Shown here: piece by piece, positions 37,939 through 48,354 of the stretch
Layout of the letters: every line of letters begins with the position of its first letter
How positions within the stretch are numbered: position 1 is the stretch's first letter
Source: Deltaproteobacteria bacterium
GTDB lineage: Bacteria; Desulfobacterota; Desulfobulbia; Desulfobulbales; JAJRZW01
Assembly: GCA_024275015.1 (NCBI GenBank)
Contig: JAJRZW010000001.1
Location: forward strand, 706-64,705
Direction of reading: 5' to 3'
DNA: 64,000 nt
Position numbers and translations under genes: made by a program
Notes under the pieces: generated by a model
Told to the model about the DNA's origin: nothing
What the model saw: the letters and a program-made list of their open reading frames with translations, nothing else
The model's database searches: none

Positions 37939-37982
37939 CCCTCCTCCGGCCCCCCCTATTGTCCCGGAGGAGGGTTTTTTTT
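37939..37982 (+). terminator. strong orphan rho-independent terminator
   Basis: 11-bp stem CCCTCCTCCGG/CCGGAGGAGGG followed by T8. No annotated gene upstream on the + strand. Confidence 0.7.
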
Positions 37983-37990
37983 AAGGGTAT

Positions 37991-38127
37991 CTTGAAAATG
38001 GCCTTTTCGCCCGATCCCGGCGTCATGAGCAAAATGAAAAATGCTCACATATTCTCGATATGCTACGCTTTTTAATTTTGCTTATTCCTTGGCCTCGGAC
38101 GAAAATCCTCATTTTTCAAGATACCCT
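37991..38127 (+). repeat. family-C repeat copy C2
   Basis: Aligns end to end with 8766-8902. Confidence 0.75.
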
Positions 38128-38282
38128 TAACAGAGTGTTGAAAAAGCCGTCCTGTCTTTTTCAACCGTCGGTTGGATAAAACAAGTTTCATCCAACCTCT
38201 CGATTTCACCGGGTTTTTTAAACCGGTGAAATCGGCGGCGCGTCCATGCGTCGTAACAGCCCGTTTTTCAACGGGCTGTTAC
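38127..38282 (+). mobile_element. family-A MITE copy A7
   Basis: Full copy with flanks TTAA/TTAC. Confidence 0.75.
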
Positions 38283-38387
38283 GGCAAATCCCGTGGTAAT
38301 TTCATTTCCAATTATATATATTGCGGACGCAGACAGAGTTTTTCTTGCCTTTCGGCTTTTTGCCGCAGGTCTTTCCCGGGTTTTGAT

Positions 38388-38822
38388 ATGCGCCAGGACG
38401 AAGTTCCACAGGATGAGGGTATTGCCGAGGGGTTGGTCGAGGTCACCTACGCGGTTGATGATGACGGGCATTATACCCAGGTCGGCAGCGCCGGATGGGA
38501 ACCCAAGAATATCTCCAATCATCAGGCATGGGAAGAGATCGTGAAAAAGGTCGAGGCGGTCCGGGCCGAAGTCGAGGCCGGGCGGGTATCGCCGTTGGCC
38601 TTTCACATGGCGAGAAACCAGATGGAGGCGGGGCTTCTGGCAAGCTATATGGGGCTTTTCCGCTGGCAGGTGCGCCGTCACCTTAAACCGGCGGTATTCG
38701 CCCGGCTTGAGTCCGAACTCCTTGAACGCTATGCCGCGATGCTCAGGACCACGGTGGCGGCCCTGGGCGACATTAATCTTGCCCCGGAGATGAAGATTCC
38801 CGGCAGCCGCGGGGGGGCATGA
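38388..38822 (+). CDS. hypothetical protein (possible HTH-like), first gene of a three-gene cluster
   Basis: 144 aa from MRQDEVPQDEG. Its stop overlaps the next start (ATGA). The ORF-track N-terminus lies in MITE A7. Confidence 0.5.
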   Translation: MRQDEVPQDEGIAEGLVEVTYAVDDDGHYTQVGSAGWEPKNISNHQAWEEIVKKVEAVRAEVEAGRVSPLAFHMARNQMEAGLLASYMGLFRWQVRRHLKPAVFARLESELLERYAAMLRTTVAALGDINLAPEMKIPGSRGGA

Positions 38823-39820
38823 TGGAGATTGACTTTACCCACCGCCAGTCGGCCCACTGCGAGAACGGGGTTACCGCCAACCTCGTCAGTCATTACGGCA
38901 TTTCCATGAGTGAGCCCCTGGCGTTTGGTATCGGCGGCGGACTTTTTTTTGGCTATATCCCCTTCATGCGTTTAAACGGCCTGCCCCTTACCACTTTCAG
39001 GGCCATAACCGGGCTTATCTTTAAGCGGGTAACCCGGGAACTCGGGATAAAGACCGTGAGCCGCAGATTCAGGAGCCGGGCGGAGTCGATGCGGGTTCTC
39101 GACGAGGTTCTTGGTCGCGGGATTCCGGTGGGGCTGCAGACCGGGGCCTGGTGGCTGCCCTATTTCCCCGAGGCCTATCGTTTTCATTTCAACATGCATA
39201 ACCTGGTGGTGTACGGCAAGCGGGGCGACGATTATCTTATCAGCGACCCGGTGTTCCCGGAGCCGGTGGTCTGTGACGGCGCCGACCTCGCCCGGGCAAG
39301 GTTTACCAAGGGAACCCTGGCGCCAAAGGGGCGGATGTACTACCTCGAACATGTCCCGGAAAATGTCGACTGCAGGGACCCGGTGCGCAAGGGTATCAAG
39401 ACCGTTTGCCGGGCGATGCTCAAAAGCTCTCTGCCCATTATCGGCGTTTCCGGTATCCGTTTTCTTGCCCGCCGGCTTGAACGGTGGCCGCGGAAACTCG
39501 GTGATGACCGGGCCCTGCTTCATCTCGGGCAGTTGATCCGGATGCAGGAGGAGATCGGCACCGGCGGCGCCGGGTTCCGTTTTATCTACGCCGCCTTTTT
39601 AGAGGAGGCGGCCGGGGTGTTCGGCGAGGATTACTTCCTCGAGTTGTCGAAGCGTCTCACTGCTATCGGTGACCGCTGGCGTGAATTTGCGGTCCGTGCG
39701 GCGAGAAATTGCAAGGGCCGCGCCAGCGACGATGACAGCTATCCGGCGATGGCGGCTATTTTAATGGATTGCGCCGAGCGGGAGGAAAAACTCTATCGTG
39801 ATCTGTTGCAGACTGTCTGA
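38819..39820 (+). CDS. BtrH_N / DUF4872 domain protein (papain-like fold family)
   Basis: 333 aa. The N-terminal QSAHCENGVTANL motif and overall layout match BtrH N-terminal plus DUF4872 proteins. Confidence 0.65.
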   Translation: MMEIDFTHRQSAHCENGVTANLVSHYGISMSEPLAFGIGGGLFFGYIPFMRLNGLPLTTFRAITGLIFKRVTRELGIKTVSRRFRSRAESMRVLDEVLGRGIPVGLQTGAWWLPYFPEAYRFHFNMHNLVVYGKRGDDYLISDPVFPEPVVCDGADLARARFTKGTLAPKGRMYYLEHVPENVDCRDPVRKGIKTVCRAMLKSSLPIIGVSGIRFLARRLERWPRKLGDDRALLHLGQLIRMQEEIGTGGAGFRFIYAAFLEEAAGVFGEDYFLELSKRLTAIGDRWREFAVRAARNCKGRASDDDSYPAMAAILMDCAEREEKLYRDLLQTV

Positions 39821-39850
39821 GTCGGGGATTTTAATCTTAAAGACCTTAAC

Positions 39851-41185
39851 ATGAAAATTCTCCTTGTAAGTCCTGCCTGGCACGACAAGATGAACGAGAA
39901 TATCCGGGTTTTGGCCCTGCCGCCGCTTAATCTCGCCACCATTGCCGCCTGTACCCCGGAAGGGCACGAGGTGGAAATTTTCGACGAGGCCTTTGACGAG
40001 ATTGATTACGCCGTTGATGTCGATCTGGTCGGAATTACCTGCATGACCCCGCTTGCGCCACGGGCCTATGATATCGCGGCTGGATTCCGCCAACGGGGGG
40101 TGCCGGTGGTCATAGGCGGCATTCATTCTTCGATGTTGCCGGATGAGGCCGCGGCTCACGCCGACTGCGTGGTTGTGGGCGAGGCCGAGGGGATCTGGCC
40201 CCAGGTAGTCAACGACTGTGCCGCCGGGAAGATGAAAAAGCTCTATCAGGCGGAGAAAAGGCCGGACATCACTTTTTTGAAACAACCGCGCCGTGATCTC
40301 CTGACCAATAAATATTTTGTTCAGACGGTGCAGACCTCGCGCGGATGTCCCAATAACTGCAAATTCTGTTCAGTCACCCGGTTTAACGGTGGTCAGTACC
40401 GTCTTCGCGATATCGATAACGTCATCGACGAAATCCGTTCGATTGCCGACAAGCGTCTGTTCATCATCGACGACAATATCATCGGCTCGGGCAATAACTG
40501 CATTGACCGCGCCTTTGTTTTTTTTGAGCGTTTGGCCGAGTGTAAAAAAGAGTGGGGCGGCCAGACCTGTCTCAATATAGTCGAGCACGACGGATTGCTG
40601 GCCGCGGCGCGCAAGAGCGGCGCCCGTGCTTTTTTAATCGGGTTTGAGTCCATCGACGATGCCGCACTCGGCGGTTTTGACAAGAAGATCAACATGCGTC
40701 CGACCACCCGTAATTTTCGCGAGGCGATAAAAAAAATTCACGACCACGGTATAGCTGTTGTCGGCGGCTTTATCTTTGGTACCGACAGTGACAACCCTGA
40801 TACCTTTCGCCGGACCCTCGATTTTATTATTGAGACCGGAGTTGACGCGGTGCAGCTTTCGATTCAGACCCCGCTGCCCGGCACCGAACTTTATCGGCAA
40901 TTGCAGCAGGACGGGCGGTTGCTCCTCACCGATTACCCTGCCGACTGGGAGGCCTACAATATTTTTGAGCCGGTTTTTCAGCCATTGAACCAAAGCCCGG
41001 AAGAACTTTACCGCAACCTGATGGCTGCCTACCGTGAGGTCTCGGCCCCTTGGCCGTCGTTTATCCGCGGGCTTAAGACCTTGATGGCGACAAGGAGTAT
41101 GTTCGCCACTGGTATTTCTTTTTTCTGGAACTACGACTCCTGTAAGACCATTTCCAAGATAACCCGGCCCCGGATTTACACTTGA
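39851..41185 (+). CDS. B12-binding-domain radical SAM protein (class B)
   Basis: 444 aa with an N-terminal cobalamin-binding-like Rossmann region (MKILLVSPAW...VVIGGIH) and the CPNNCKFC CxxxCxxC motif. Confidence 0.88.
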   Translation: MKILLVSPAWHDKMNENIRVLALPPLNLATIAACTPEGHEVEIFDEAFDEIDYAVDVDLVGITCMTPLAPRAYDIAAGFRQRGVPVVIGGIHSSMLPDEAAAHADCVVVGEAEGIWPQVVNDCAAGKMKKLYQAEKRPDITFLKQPRRDLLTNKYFVQTVQTSRGCPNNCKFCSVTRFNGGQYRLRDIDNVIDEIRSIADKRLFIIDDNIIGSGNNCIDRAFVFFERLAECKKEWGGQTCLNIVEHDGLLAAARKSGARAFLIGFESIDDAALGGFDKKINMRPTTRNFREAIKKIHDHGIAVVGGFIFGTDSDNPDTFRRTLDFIIETGVDAVQLSIQTPLPGTELYRQLQQDGRLLLTDYPADWEAYNIFEPVFQPLNQSPEELYRNLMAAYREVSAPWPSFIRGLKTLMATRSMFATGISFFWNYDSCKTISKITRPRIYT

Positions 41186-41275
41186 TGGCGTTGTGATAAT
41201 TCCGATTTACGGTACCCTTTTGTTCGCTCGATCCCGCCATGGCTGGATATGGCATTGCTCACAAAAGGAAATCAC
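41184..41275. repeat. family-D repeat, truncated copy D4
   Basis: Left arm GATGGCGTTGTGATAATTCCGAT overlaps the radical SAM stop codon. Core GATCCCGCCATGGCTGGATAT. Confidence 0.6.
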
Positions 41276-41340
41276 TCCTCAGTATGTATAACTTATTGAT
41301 GATTTCGCAAAAATCCCTTCTTTTCGTTTTTTCAAGACAC

Positions 41341-41496
41341 CTATCAGAGTGTTGAAAAAGCCGTCCTCTCTTTTTCAACCGCCGGTTGGATAAAACAAGT
41401 TTCATCCAACCTCTCGATTTCACCGTGTTTTTCAAACCGGTGAAATCGGCGGCGCGTCCATGCGCCGCAACCAGCCCGTTTTTCAACGGGCTGCTA
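41341..41496 (+). mobile_element. family-A MITE copy A8
   Basis: Full copy flanked by CTAT/CTAT. The right flank supplies the glnS TAG stop on the minus strand. Confidence 0.8.
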
Positions 41497-43197
41497 TGGT
41501 TGCTGGCCTCGTAACAAGTCCCCGCGGAGGCGTCTTCGGCTGTTCCATGTGTCGCGAAGAGTCACGGTGCGGTTGAATACCAGTCGCTTGCGGGTTGAGT
41601 CGCCTGAATCAAGACAGAAATAACCGTTGCGTTCAAACTGGTAGTTTTCGCCCGGCCTTGCCGCGGCCAGCGACGGTTCAAGCCGGGAGTCGGTCATCAC
41701 CGTGAGGGAATCGGGATTGACGCACCCCAGGAAATCGCCGTCCCCCTCGGGATCGGGCCGGGTGAAGAGGCGGTCGTAGAGCCTGACCTCGGCGGGGACC
41801 GCGTGCCGGGCTGAGACCCAGTGGATGGTCCCCTTGACCTTGCGTCCGTCCGGGGCGTTGCCACCGCGGGTTTCGGGGTCGTAAGAGCAACGTAATTCTA
41901 CGACCACCCCGTTGTCGTCCTTTATCACCTCCTCACAGGTGATAAAATAGGCGTAGCGCAGTCTCACCTCGCGGCCGGGGGCGAGGCGTTTGAATTTTTT
42001 CACCGGCTCTTCCATGAAATCGCCCCGTTCAATGTATATCTCGCGGGAAAAGGGGATTTTTCTCTCTCCCATCTCCGGCCGCTTGGGATGGTTGGCGGCG
42101 GGCAGGTCTTCTTCCAGTTCCTCCGGGTAATTGCTGATTACCACCTTCAGAGGATCAAGCACCCCTAAGACCCGGGGGGCGTTTTCGTTAAGGTCGTCCC
42201 GCAGGCAATGCTCGAGGAGTTCGACCTCAACGGTTGAATCTTTTCTGGCAACGCCGATGCGGTAGCAGAAGTAACGGATCGCCGCCGGGGTGTAGCCGCG
42301 ACGGCGGATACCGGAAAGGGTGGGCATCCGCGGGTCGTCCCATCCTGAGACTACGTTCTCGTTGACCAGCTTGAGGAGTTTACGCTTGCTGACCACGGTA
42401 TAGCTGAGGTTGAGGCGGGCGAATTCTATCTGCCGCGGGTGGCATGAAATGGTGATATGGTCGAGGACCCAGTCGTATAAGGGACGGTGGTATTCAAATT
42501 CGAGGGTGCAGAGGGAATGGGTGATGCCCTCGAGGGCGTCTGAGATCGGATGGGTGAAATCGTACATCGGATAGACACACCAGGCGTCGCCTGTGCGGGG
42601 ATGGCTGGTGTGCATGATCCGGTAGATAACGGGATCGCGCAGATTTAGATTGCCGTTTTTCATGTCTATCTTCGCCCGCAGCACTTTTGAACCGTCCGGA
42701 AACTCCCCGGCCCGCATCCTCTCGAAGAGGTCGAGATTTTCCTCCGCCGATCGTTCGCGGAACGGGCTTTCCTTTCCCGGTTCGGTGAGGGTGCCGCGGT
42801 GTTCGCGGATCTCGTCGGCAGTGAGCTCGCAGACATATGCCAGCCCTTTTTTTATCAGTTCTTCGGCGAAACCATAGAGCTTTTCGAAATAGTCCGAGGC
42901 GTGAAAGAGGTGGTCGCCCCAGTCGAAACCGAGCCATTTGATATCCGCCTTGATCGCGTCGACGTATTCCTGCTCCTCCTTGCTTGGGTTGGTGTCGTCA
43001 AAGCGCAGGTGGACCCGGGTATGGGGGTATCCGGCAGCGATGCCGAAGTTGAGGCAGATGGATTTGGCATGGCCGATATGGAGATAGCCGTTGGGCTCGG
43101 GGGGGAAACGGGTGACGATTTCCGCGTGTCGACCGTTTTCAAGGTCGGAGTCGATGATCTTGCGGATAAAGTCGCGGGGACGGTCGTTGTTTGTCAT
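41494..43197 (-). CDS. glnS: glutamine--tRNA ligase
   Basis: 567 aa with [17 protein letters not shown] (HIGH) and a KMSKS-region equivalent. GlnRS-like throughout except the last ~15 aa. Confidence 0.95.
   Translation of the reverse strand: MTNNDRPRDFIRKIIDSDLENGRHAEIVTRFPPEPNGYLHIGHAKSICLNFGIAAGYPHTRVHLRFDDTNPSKEEQEYVDAIKADIKWLGFDWGDHLFHASDYFEKLYGFAEELIKKGLAYVCELTADEIREHRGTLTEPGKESPFRERSAEENLDLFERMRAGEFPDGSKVLRAKIDMKNGNLNLRDPVIYRIMHTSHPRTGDAWCVYPMYDFTHPISDALEGITHSLCTLEFEYHRPLYDWVLDHITISCHPRQIEFARLNLSYTVVSKRKLLKLVNENVVSGWDDPRMPTLSGIRRRGYTPAAIRYFCYRIGVARKDSTVEVELLEHCLRDDLNENAPRVLGVLDPLKVVISNYPEELEEDLPAANHPKRPEMGERKIPFSREIYIERGDFMEEPVKKFKRLAPGREVRLRYAYFITCEEVIKDDNGVVVELRCSYDPETRGGNAPDGRKVKGTIHWVSARHAVPAEVRLYDRLFTRPDPEGDGDFLGCVNPDSLTVMTDSRLEPSLAAARPGENYQFERNGYFCLDSGDSTRKRLVFNRTVTLRDTWNSRRRLRGDLLRGQQP
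41507..41546 (-). repeat. family-B repeat copy B6, inside the glnS 3' end
   Basis: CCTCGTAACAAGTCCCCGCGGAGGCGTCTTCGGCTGTTCC. Translated as the GlnRS C-terminal tail. Confidence 0.7.
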
Positions 43198-44684
43198 GAC
43201 GCGGCCTCGAATATCCTACCCACCCGGCGCAGGCGTTTCAGCACCGTATCGCGGTCGAAATGGGCGAAAAGCTCGAACATGCTCGGCCCCTTGATTCGGC
43301 CGGTGATCAAGGCCCGGGCGGCGTTGACCGGTATTCCCATCTTTATCCCCAGCTCTTCGGCCAGCCCCCTGGCGACGGCCTCGGCCTTTTCCGGAGTTAT
43401 TTCGTTCGTCGCCTCCAGCCGGTCGGCCAACATCGGCAGCCATTTGACCAGGTCAGGGTGTTTGAGGACATTTTTTTTCAGCGCCTTTTCTTCGATCTCA
43501 AAGTCATCGGCGAAAAAGGCGCGGCCGGCAGTGACAAAATCGCGGGTGGTGTAGAACCGTTCCCGCAGCATGTCGATGGTTTTGAGGTACCATCCCTTCC
43601 TGTCGCCATCAAAGGCCTCGTGCCATAACCCATCTTTTACGAGTTCATTTTTGACCATTGCCGCAATATCTTCAACCGGCATGGTTCGCAGGTAATGGCC
43701 GTTGATGTTGATCGCCTTGGGGTCGGTGAAGAATTTGGGGTCCCCCTGGCGGTAATTGAAAATCGAGTTTGATTTGTTTATCCGTTCAAGGGAAAAGGCC
43801 TCGATCAGTTCTTCCTTTGAAAAAATCTCCCGGTCGTCGCCGGGGTTCCAGCCGAGGAGGACAAGAAAATTGACCAGGGCCCAGGGGATGAAGCCGTGGT
43901 CGCGGTAAAATTGCACCGCCACGATTTCGCCATGGCTACGCTTGGATATTTTCGCCTTTTTCAGGTCAAGGGTGAGCGGCATGTGGGCGAACACCGGCAC
44001 CGGAGCGTTGAGGGCCTGGTAGAGAAGGATCTGGCGCAGGGTATTGGTCATGTGGTCCTGGCCGCGGATGATGTGGCTGATGCGGTCGCGGATGTCGTCG
44101 ACCACGTTGCAGAGGAGGTAGAGGGGCTTGCCGTTGGAACGGACGATGACAAAATCCTCGATCTCGTTACAGGGTCTGGCGATTCGACCCAGGACCTTGT
44201 CGACGTAGCCTACCTCTCCTTCCGGCGGGACCTTGAACCGGACGACAAAGGGGCGGTTTTCGGCCTCAAATGCGGCAATTTGTTCCTGGGCAAGGTCGCG
44301 GCAGTGGCCGTCATAGCCGACGTGGGTCTGCTTTGCCGTCAGGGCCGCCTCGCGCTTGGCCTCCAGTTCTTCCCGGGTGCAGAAACATTTATACGCCTTG
44401 CCGGAGGCCAGCAGTCTTTCCGCCGCCGTCCTGTGTGCGGCCGTGAACGCGGTCTGAAAGTACGGGCCTTCGTCCCAGTCAAGCCCGAGCCATTTCATCC
44501 CGTCGATGATCCCTTTTATTGACTCTTTGGTTGATCTTTCGGCATCGGTGTCTTCAATACGCAGTATCAGTTTTCCCCCGTGCCTGCGGGCGAAAAGCCA
44601 GTTGGCGATCGCGGTGCGGGCCCCGCCGATATGGAGGTAGCCGGTGGGGCTGGGGGGGAAACGGACTCTCACTTCTTTATTCAT
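43194..44684 (-). CDS. gltX: glutamate--tRNA ligase
   Basis: 496 aa with [17 protein letters not shown] and KISKR motifs. ATGA overlap with glnS. Confidence 0.95.
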   Translation of the reverse strand: MNKEVRVRFPPSPTGYLHIGGARTAIANWLFARRHGGKLILRIEDTDAERSTKESIKGIIDGMKWLGLDWDEGPYFQTAFTAAHRTAAERLLASGKAYKCFCTREELEAKREAALTAKQTHVGYDGHCRDLAQEQIAAFEAENRPFVVRFKVPPEGEVGYVDKVLGRIARPCNEIEDFVIVRSNGKPLYLLCNVVDDIRDRISHIIRGQDHMTNTLRQILLYQALNAPVPVFAHMPLTLDLKKAKISKRSHGEIVAVQFYRDHGFIPWALVNFLVLLGWNPGDDREIFSKEELIEAFSLERINKSNSIFNYRQGDPKFFTDPKAININGHYLRTMPVEDIAAMVKNELVKDGLWHEAFDGDRKGWYLKTIDMLRERFYTTRDFVTAGRAFFADDFEIEEKALKKNVLKHPDLVKWLPMLADRLEATNEITPEKAEAVARGLAEELGIKMGIPVNAARALITGRIKGPSMFELFAHFDRDTVLKRLRRVGRIFEAAS

Positions 44685-44704
44685 CAGATATAGCTCCCGG
44701 AACG

Positions 44705-44790
44705 TTAACAGATCGTCTAATAAAGTCGTCCATGGCTTTCTGTACTGCCGTTGGCAGAAACAAGTTTCGCCTAATCTTTTGATTCCGTAG
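44705..44790 (+). repeat. family-A fragment A9
   Basis: TTAACAGATCGTCTAATAAAGTCGTCCATGGCTTTC..., a degenerate left half. Confidence 0.55.
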
Positions 44791-44989
44791 AATTCTTAAT
44801 CCGGGAGAGTGGACGGCGCATCTGCGGTGTCGGCAAGTCGTTGATATATCGAAGTATAATAAACACTCTTGCCTCCTCGTATCTGCGCTGTTCCCGAACG
44901 TCACGGATTCAGGGTGTTTTATAAAACTTTTATGGGCCGCAGGCAACAGGGGAGTTTTTGTCGCGGTTGTGTTAGGATTACAGCGGTTG

Positions 44990-45034
44990 CAGCCCGTTGA
45001 AAGAGCCAGGACGGCTTTTTCAGCAGTCTGTTAA
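44990..45034 (-). repeat. family-A fragment A10
   Basis: CAGCCCGTTGAAAGAGCCAGGACGGCTTTTTCAGCAGTCTGTTAA. Confidence 0.6.
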
Positions 45035-45095
45035 GCCTGAATCTGGTTGCGGGCTGCTGGTTTTTAACAGGATTTTGGCATTTTAAATTAAGGAT

Positions 45096-45512
45096 ATGAG
45101 CATGAAGAATATAAATCTGTTATGCGTCGGCCTTGGTCTGTGTGCTGTTGTCTCAACCTCCATCCCGGCCCTTGCCGGAAACCATGCCCGGGGCGAGTGG
45201 CATATCACCACCTCAATGCAGATGCCGGGGATGCCGGTGGCTATTCCCGGCGGATCCTTTAATCAGTGCATGAATCGTGACGGGATTCCCCATCAGGAAA
45301 GCCCGGACCAGAAGTGCAGAAAACTTTCGCGTAAGATCAGCGGTAATACCGTGACCTGGCATATGACCTGCACCGGTCCCGAGGGTGATGTCGATATGCA
45401 GGGGACTTCAACTTATAACGGCAACTCGATGCACGGCAGCATGACCATGACCACCGCCGACGGCAGTATGACCATTCAGATGCAGGGGCAGAAAGTAGGA
45501 CCATGCCGTTGA
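45096..45512 (+). CDS. DUF3617-like secreted protein
   Basis: 138 aa with a signal peptide and conserved Cys spacing (NQCM, QKCRKL, WHMTCTGPEG, GPCR). Confidence 0.55.
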   Translation: MSMKNINLLCVGLGLCAVVSTSIPALAGNHARGEWHITTSMQMPGMPVAIPGGSFNQCMNRDGIPHQESPDQKCRKLSRKISGNTVTWHMTCTGPEGDVDMQGTSTYNGNSMHGSMTMTTADGSMTIQMQGQKVGPCR

Positions 45513-45598
45513 GATGGTGAGCATATGGATTATGTTGATGAATGTCTCGTCATTGCGATTACCCCCCTGTCCTTGCCTTCGCAGATTGGGAGATGCCG

Positions 45599-45642
45599 CT
45601 ACCAGACCGTTTTAAAAGCCATGGACGGCTTTTGAAACTCCG
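45599..45642 (+). repeat. family-A fragment A11
   Basis: CAGACCGTTTTAAAAGCCATGGACGGCTTTTGAAACTCCGG. Confidence 0.55.
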
Positions 45643-45658
45643 GTAAAGGGGAGGCCGG

Positions 45659-46042
45659 TTAATTATCGAGGCTGATGGTAAGCGGAATGCGGTATAGTTT
45701 TTTATCCACCGGCAAGGTCGCGCCGAGGCGCCATTGCCGGCAGTTTTTCCCTTCAAGGCGAGCTTCGATTTCTTTTACCAGTCCTTCGACGTTGATCACC
45801 GGGTGGCGCGAGAAGACCTCGGGCAGGCCGTAGGTGAGATTGCAGGCGAGACATTTGCCCGGGCGCTCGTGAAGCTCAAGGCTGAAGTTCAGGGTTTTTC
45901 CCTCCAGGCCGTGAAATGCGAGGCGGATATCATAGACCCCTTCGTCGGCGTCACCGTAAAGGGCCTCGAAGAATTCGTTTGAGCGTTCCGGCGGGAATAA
46001 CTCGTCAAGGATGTCGGCATTGAACATTTTTTCAATTGTCAT
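45659..46042 (-). CDS. hypothetical protein
   Basis: 127 aa ORF with coding-like composition and no recognisable family. Contains CLACNLTYGLPEVF. Confidence 0.5.
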   Translation of the reverse strand: MTIEKMFNADILDELFPPERSNEFFEALYGDADEGVYDIRLAFHGLEGKTLNFSLELHERPGKCLACNLTYGLPEVFSRHPVINVEGLVKEIEARLEGKNCRQWRLGATLPVDKKLYRIPLTISLDN

Positions 46043-46164
46043 GGCTCTTTTATGGTTCTGGTTTTCGGCAGAATAAACGATTACTGAAAATAGCGTGTTG
46101 TCGGGATTAAAGTCAAATCAAAATATCCCCCCGGAGGTGGGGCAAGGGTTATTGCCGTTGCGGG

Positions 46165-48354
46165 ATGCGCCCGGCCTGTGTTAATTTTGCCGCTATGCAG
46201 CCAGGCCTTTTTGATAATCAACCATCTTTTTCCGGCCGCCTTTCCCGGATGACCGAGGCCCTTAATCCGGCCCAGCGGCAGGCGGTGGAACATGGCCCGG
46301 GGCCGATTCTGGTGATCGCCGGCGCCGGTACCGGCAAGACCCGGACCCTGGTCTGCCGCCTGGCATATCTCATGGGCCGCGGGGTGGCGCCGGAGAATAT
46401 CCTTCTTCTCACCTTTACCCGCAAGGCGGCCGAGGAGATGATCAGCCGGGCCACCTCCATTGTCGGCGACGATACCGGCCGTCTTACCGGCGGCACCTTC
46501 CACTCGGTGGCCAACATCCTCCTGCGCCGTTACGCCCGCCATCTCGGCTATGAACCCGGTTTTGTCATCAGTGACCGCGGTGATGCCGAGGGGATCGTCA
46601 ACCTCCTCCGCTCCTCCCTCAGTCTTGGCGGCCACGGCCGCCGTTTTCCCTCACGGCGTATGGTGATCAATGTCATCAGCCGGGCGGTTAACCGCTGTGT
46701 TCCCATCGGGGCGGTGCTTGAGGAACAATATTCCCATCTCCTTGAATTCCAGGGGGATATCGAGTCCCTGGCAAGGCATTATCAGGCATTTAAGCGTGAG
46801 CATCAGCTCATGGACTATGATGACCTCCTGGTTAACTTCCGTGATCTCCTTCGGGACCATCCGGGACCATGCCGGGAGATTCGGGAACGTTTTGTCCATG
46901 TTCTGGTTGATGAATATCAGGATACCAATCCGGTGCAGGCGGAGATCGTCCGTCTTATCGCCGTCCCGGGCAATAACGTTATGGTGGTGGGGGATGACGC
47001 CCAGTCGATCTACAGTTTCCGCGGCGCTGACTTTCGTAATATCATTCAGTTCCCCGATCTCTTCCCCGGCACGGTTGTTGTCCGTCTGGAAGAGAATTAT
47101 CGTTCAACCCAGAATATCCTCGATCTTGGCAATGCCATCATCGCCCATGCCGGCGAGGGCTTTAAAAAGAGGCTGTTCACCTCCATCGGCGAAGGCGATA
47201 AACCGCTTCTCCATCCTCTGAGCAATGAGGCGGTCCAGGCCCGCTATGTTGCCGGCGAGATCAAAAAGCTTCTCGATCGGGGCGACTCCGCGGCCGAGAT
47301 CGCGGTCCTTTTCCGTTCTGGTTTTCATTCCTATAAACTGGAGATTGAACTTGCCTCTCTCGGGATAGTTTTTGAGAAAAGAGGGGGGATGAAATTGCTG
47401 GAATCAGCCCATATCAAGGACGTGGTCTCATATTTTCGCCTCCTGATCAATCCCCACGACAGTCTTTCCTGGAACCGTCTGTTGCTGATGCTGCCTAAAT
47501 TAGGGCCCAAGACTGCGGCGAAGATTGTCCAGGCGGCGCGGGACAGCGATGACCCTTTTTCCGCTCTTGAGGAGTATCCCGCTCCGGCTTCATGGGGTGA
47601 GGGGCTGCGGGAGCTGGTCCTTCTGTTCCAAGGGATTCGTGGCGGAGCCATGACCCCCGCGGCGGTGTTCGGGGCGGTGATGGAGGTCTACCGGCCCCGG
47701 CTCGAGATCCTCTATGCCGATGATTACCCCCGCCGTCTTAGGGACCTTGAACAGCTGGATATCCTTCTTGGCGGTTATGCCGATATCCCCTCGTTCCTTG
47801 ACGATATCGCCCTTGATCCGCCCGAGGCTGACGGTTTTGCCGATGGGGCCGCGGGCGGCAGTGTGATTCTTTCCACCATTCATTCGGCCAAGGGCCTTGA
47901 ATGGGACAATGTCTTTGTCATTAATCTGGCCGAGGGGCGGTTCCCCTCGACCAGGTCTGGTTTTGGCCCGGAACTTGAGGAGGAGCGCCGTCTTTTCTAC
48001 GTTGCCGTCACCCGGGCGCGGAAGCGGGTTTTTCTCACTTATCCCCGTGAGGTCAAGGGATACGGTGGATTTGACGGCGGCGGGCCTTCGCCCTTTGTTA
48101 CCCAGTTGCCCCATGATGTCGTCAGGGTTGCCGGGCTGCGGCCGGTTCCGGTGTATGGTGGTGGGGATGATTTCCGGGTATCCTCTCCGACGTCCGCGGG
48201 CGGGGGATTTGCCGTCGGCGACCGGGTGAAACACCCTTTTTTCGCTCTGGGCACGGTGATCGGCAAGACCGGCAAGAGCAAGGTCGTGGTCGCCTTCGAC
48301 CGCCACGGGAATAAGGAGTTACACCTTGACTATGCCCGGCTTGAGCGGGCTTGA
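46165..48354 (+). CDS. UvrD/PcrA/Rep-family ATP-dependent DNA helicase
   Basis: LNPAQRQAVEH, Walker A AGAGTGKT, DEYQDTN, and a C-terminal UvrD_C region. Start uncertain (46165, 46195 or 46249). Confidence 0.9.
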   Translation: MRPACVNFAAMQPGLFDNQPSFSGRLSRMTEALNPAQRQAVEHGPGPILVIAGAGTGKTRTLVCRLAYLMGRGVAPENILLLTFTRKAAEEMISRATSIVGDDTGRLTGGTFHSVANILLRRYARHLGYEPGFVISDRGDAEGIVNLLRSSLSLGGHGRRFPSRRMVINVISRAVNRCVPIGAVLEEQYSHLLEFQGDIESLARHYQAFKREHQLMDYDDLLVNFRDLLRDHPGPCREIRERFVHVLVDEYQDTNPVQAEIVRLIAVPGNNVMVVGDDAQSIYSFRGADFRNIIQFPDLFPGTVVVRLEENYRSTQNILDLGNAIIAHAGEGFKKRLFTSIGEGDKPLLHPLSNEAVQARYVAGEIKKLLDRGDSAAEIAVLFRSGFHSYKLEIELASLGIVFEKRGGMKLLESAHIKDVVSYFRLLINPHDSLSWNRLLLMLPKLGPKTAAKIVQAARDSDDPFSALEEYPAPASWGEGLRELVLLFQGIRGGAMTPAAVFGAVMEVYRPRLEILYADDYPRRLRDLEQLDILLGGYADIPSFLDDIALDPPEADGFADGAAGGSVILSTIHSAKGLEWDNVFVINLAEGRFPSTRSGFGPELEEERRLFYVAVTRARKRVFLTYPREVKGYGGFDGGGPSPFVTQLPHDVVRVAGLRPVPVYGGGDDFRVSSPTSAGGGFAVGDRVKHPFFALGTVIGKTGKSKVVVAFDRHGNKELHLDYARLERA

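Noticed and set aside
43194-43197. gltX-glnS ATGA overlap as something unusual
   Set aside because: Four-nucleotide start/stop overlaps are common operon coupling. Having both GluRS and GlnRS simply implies direct Gln-tRNA charging.
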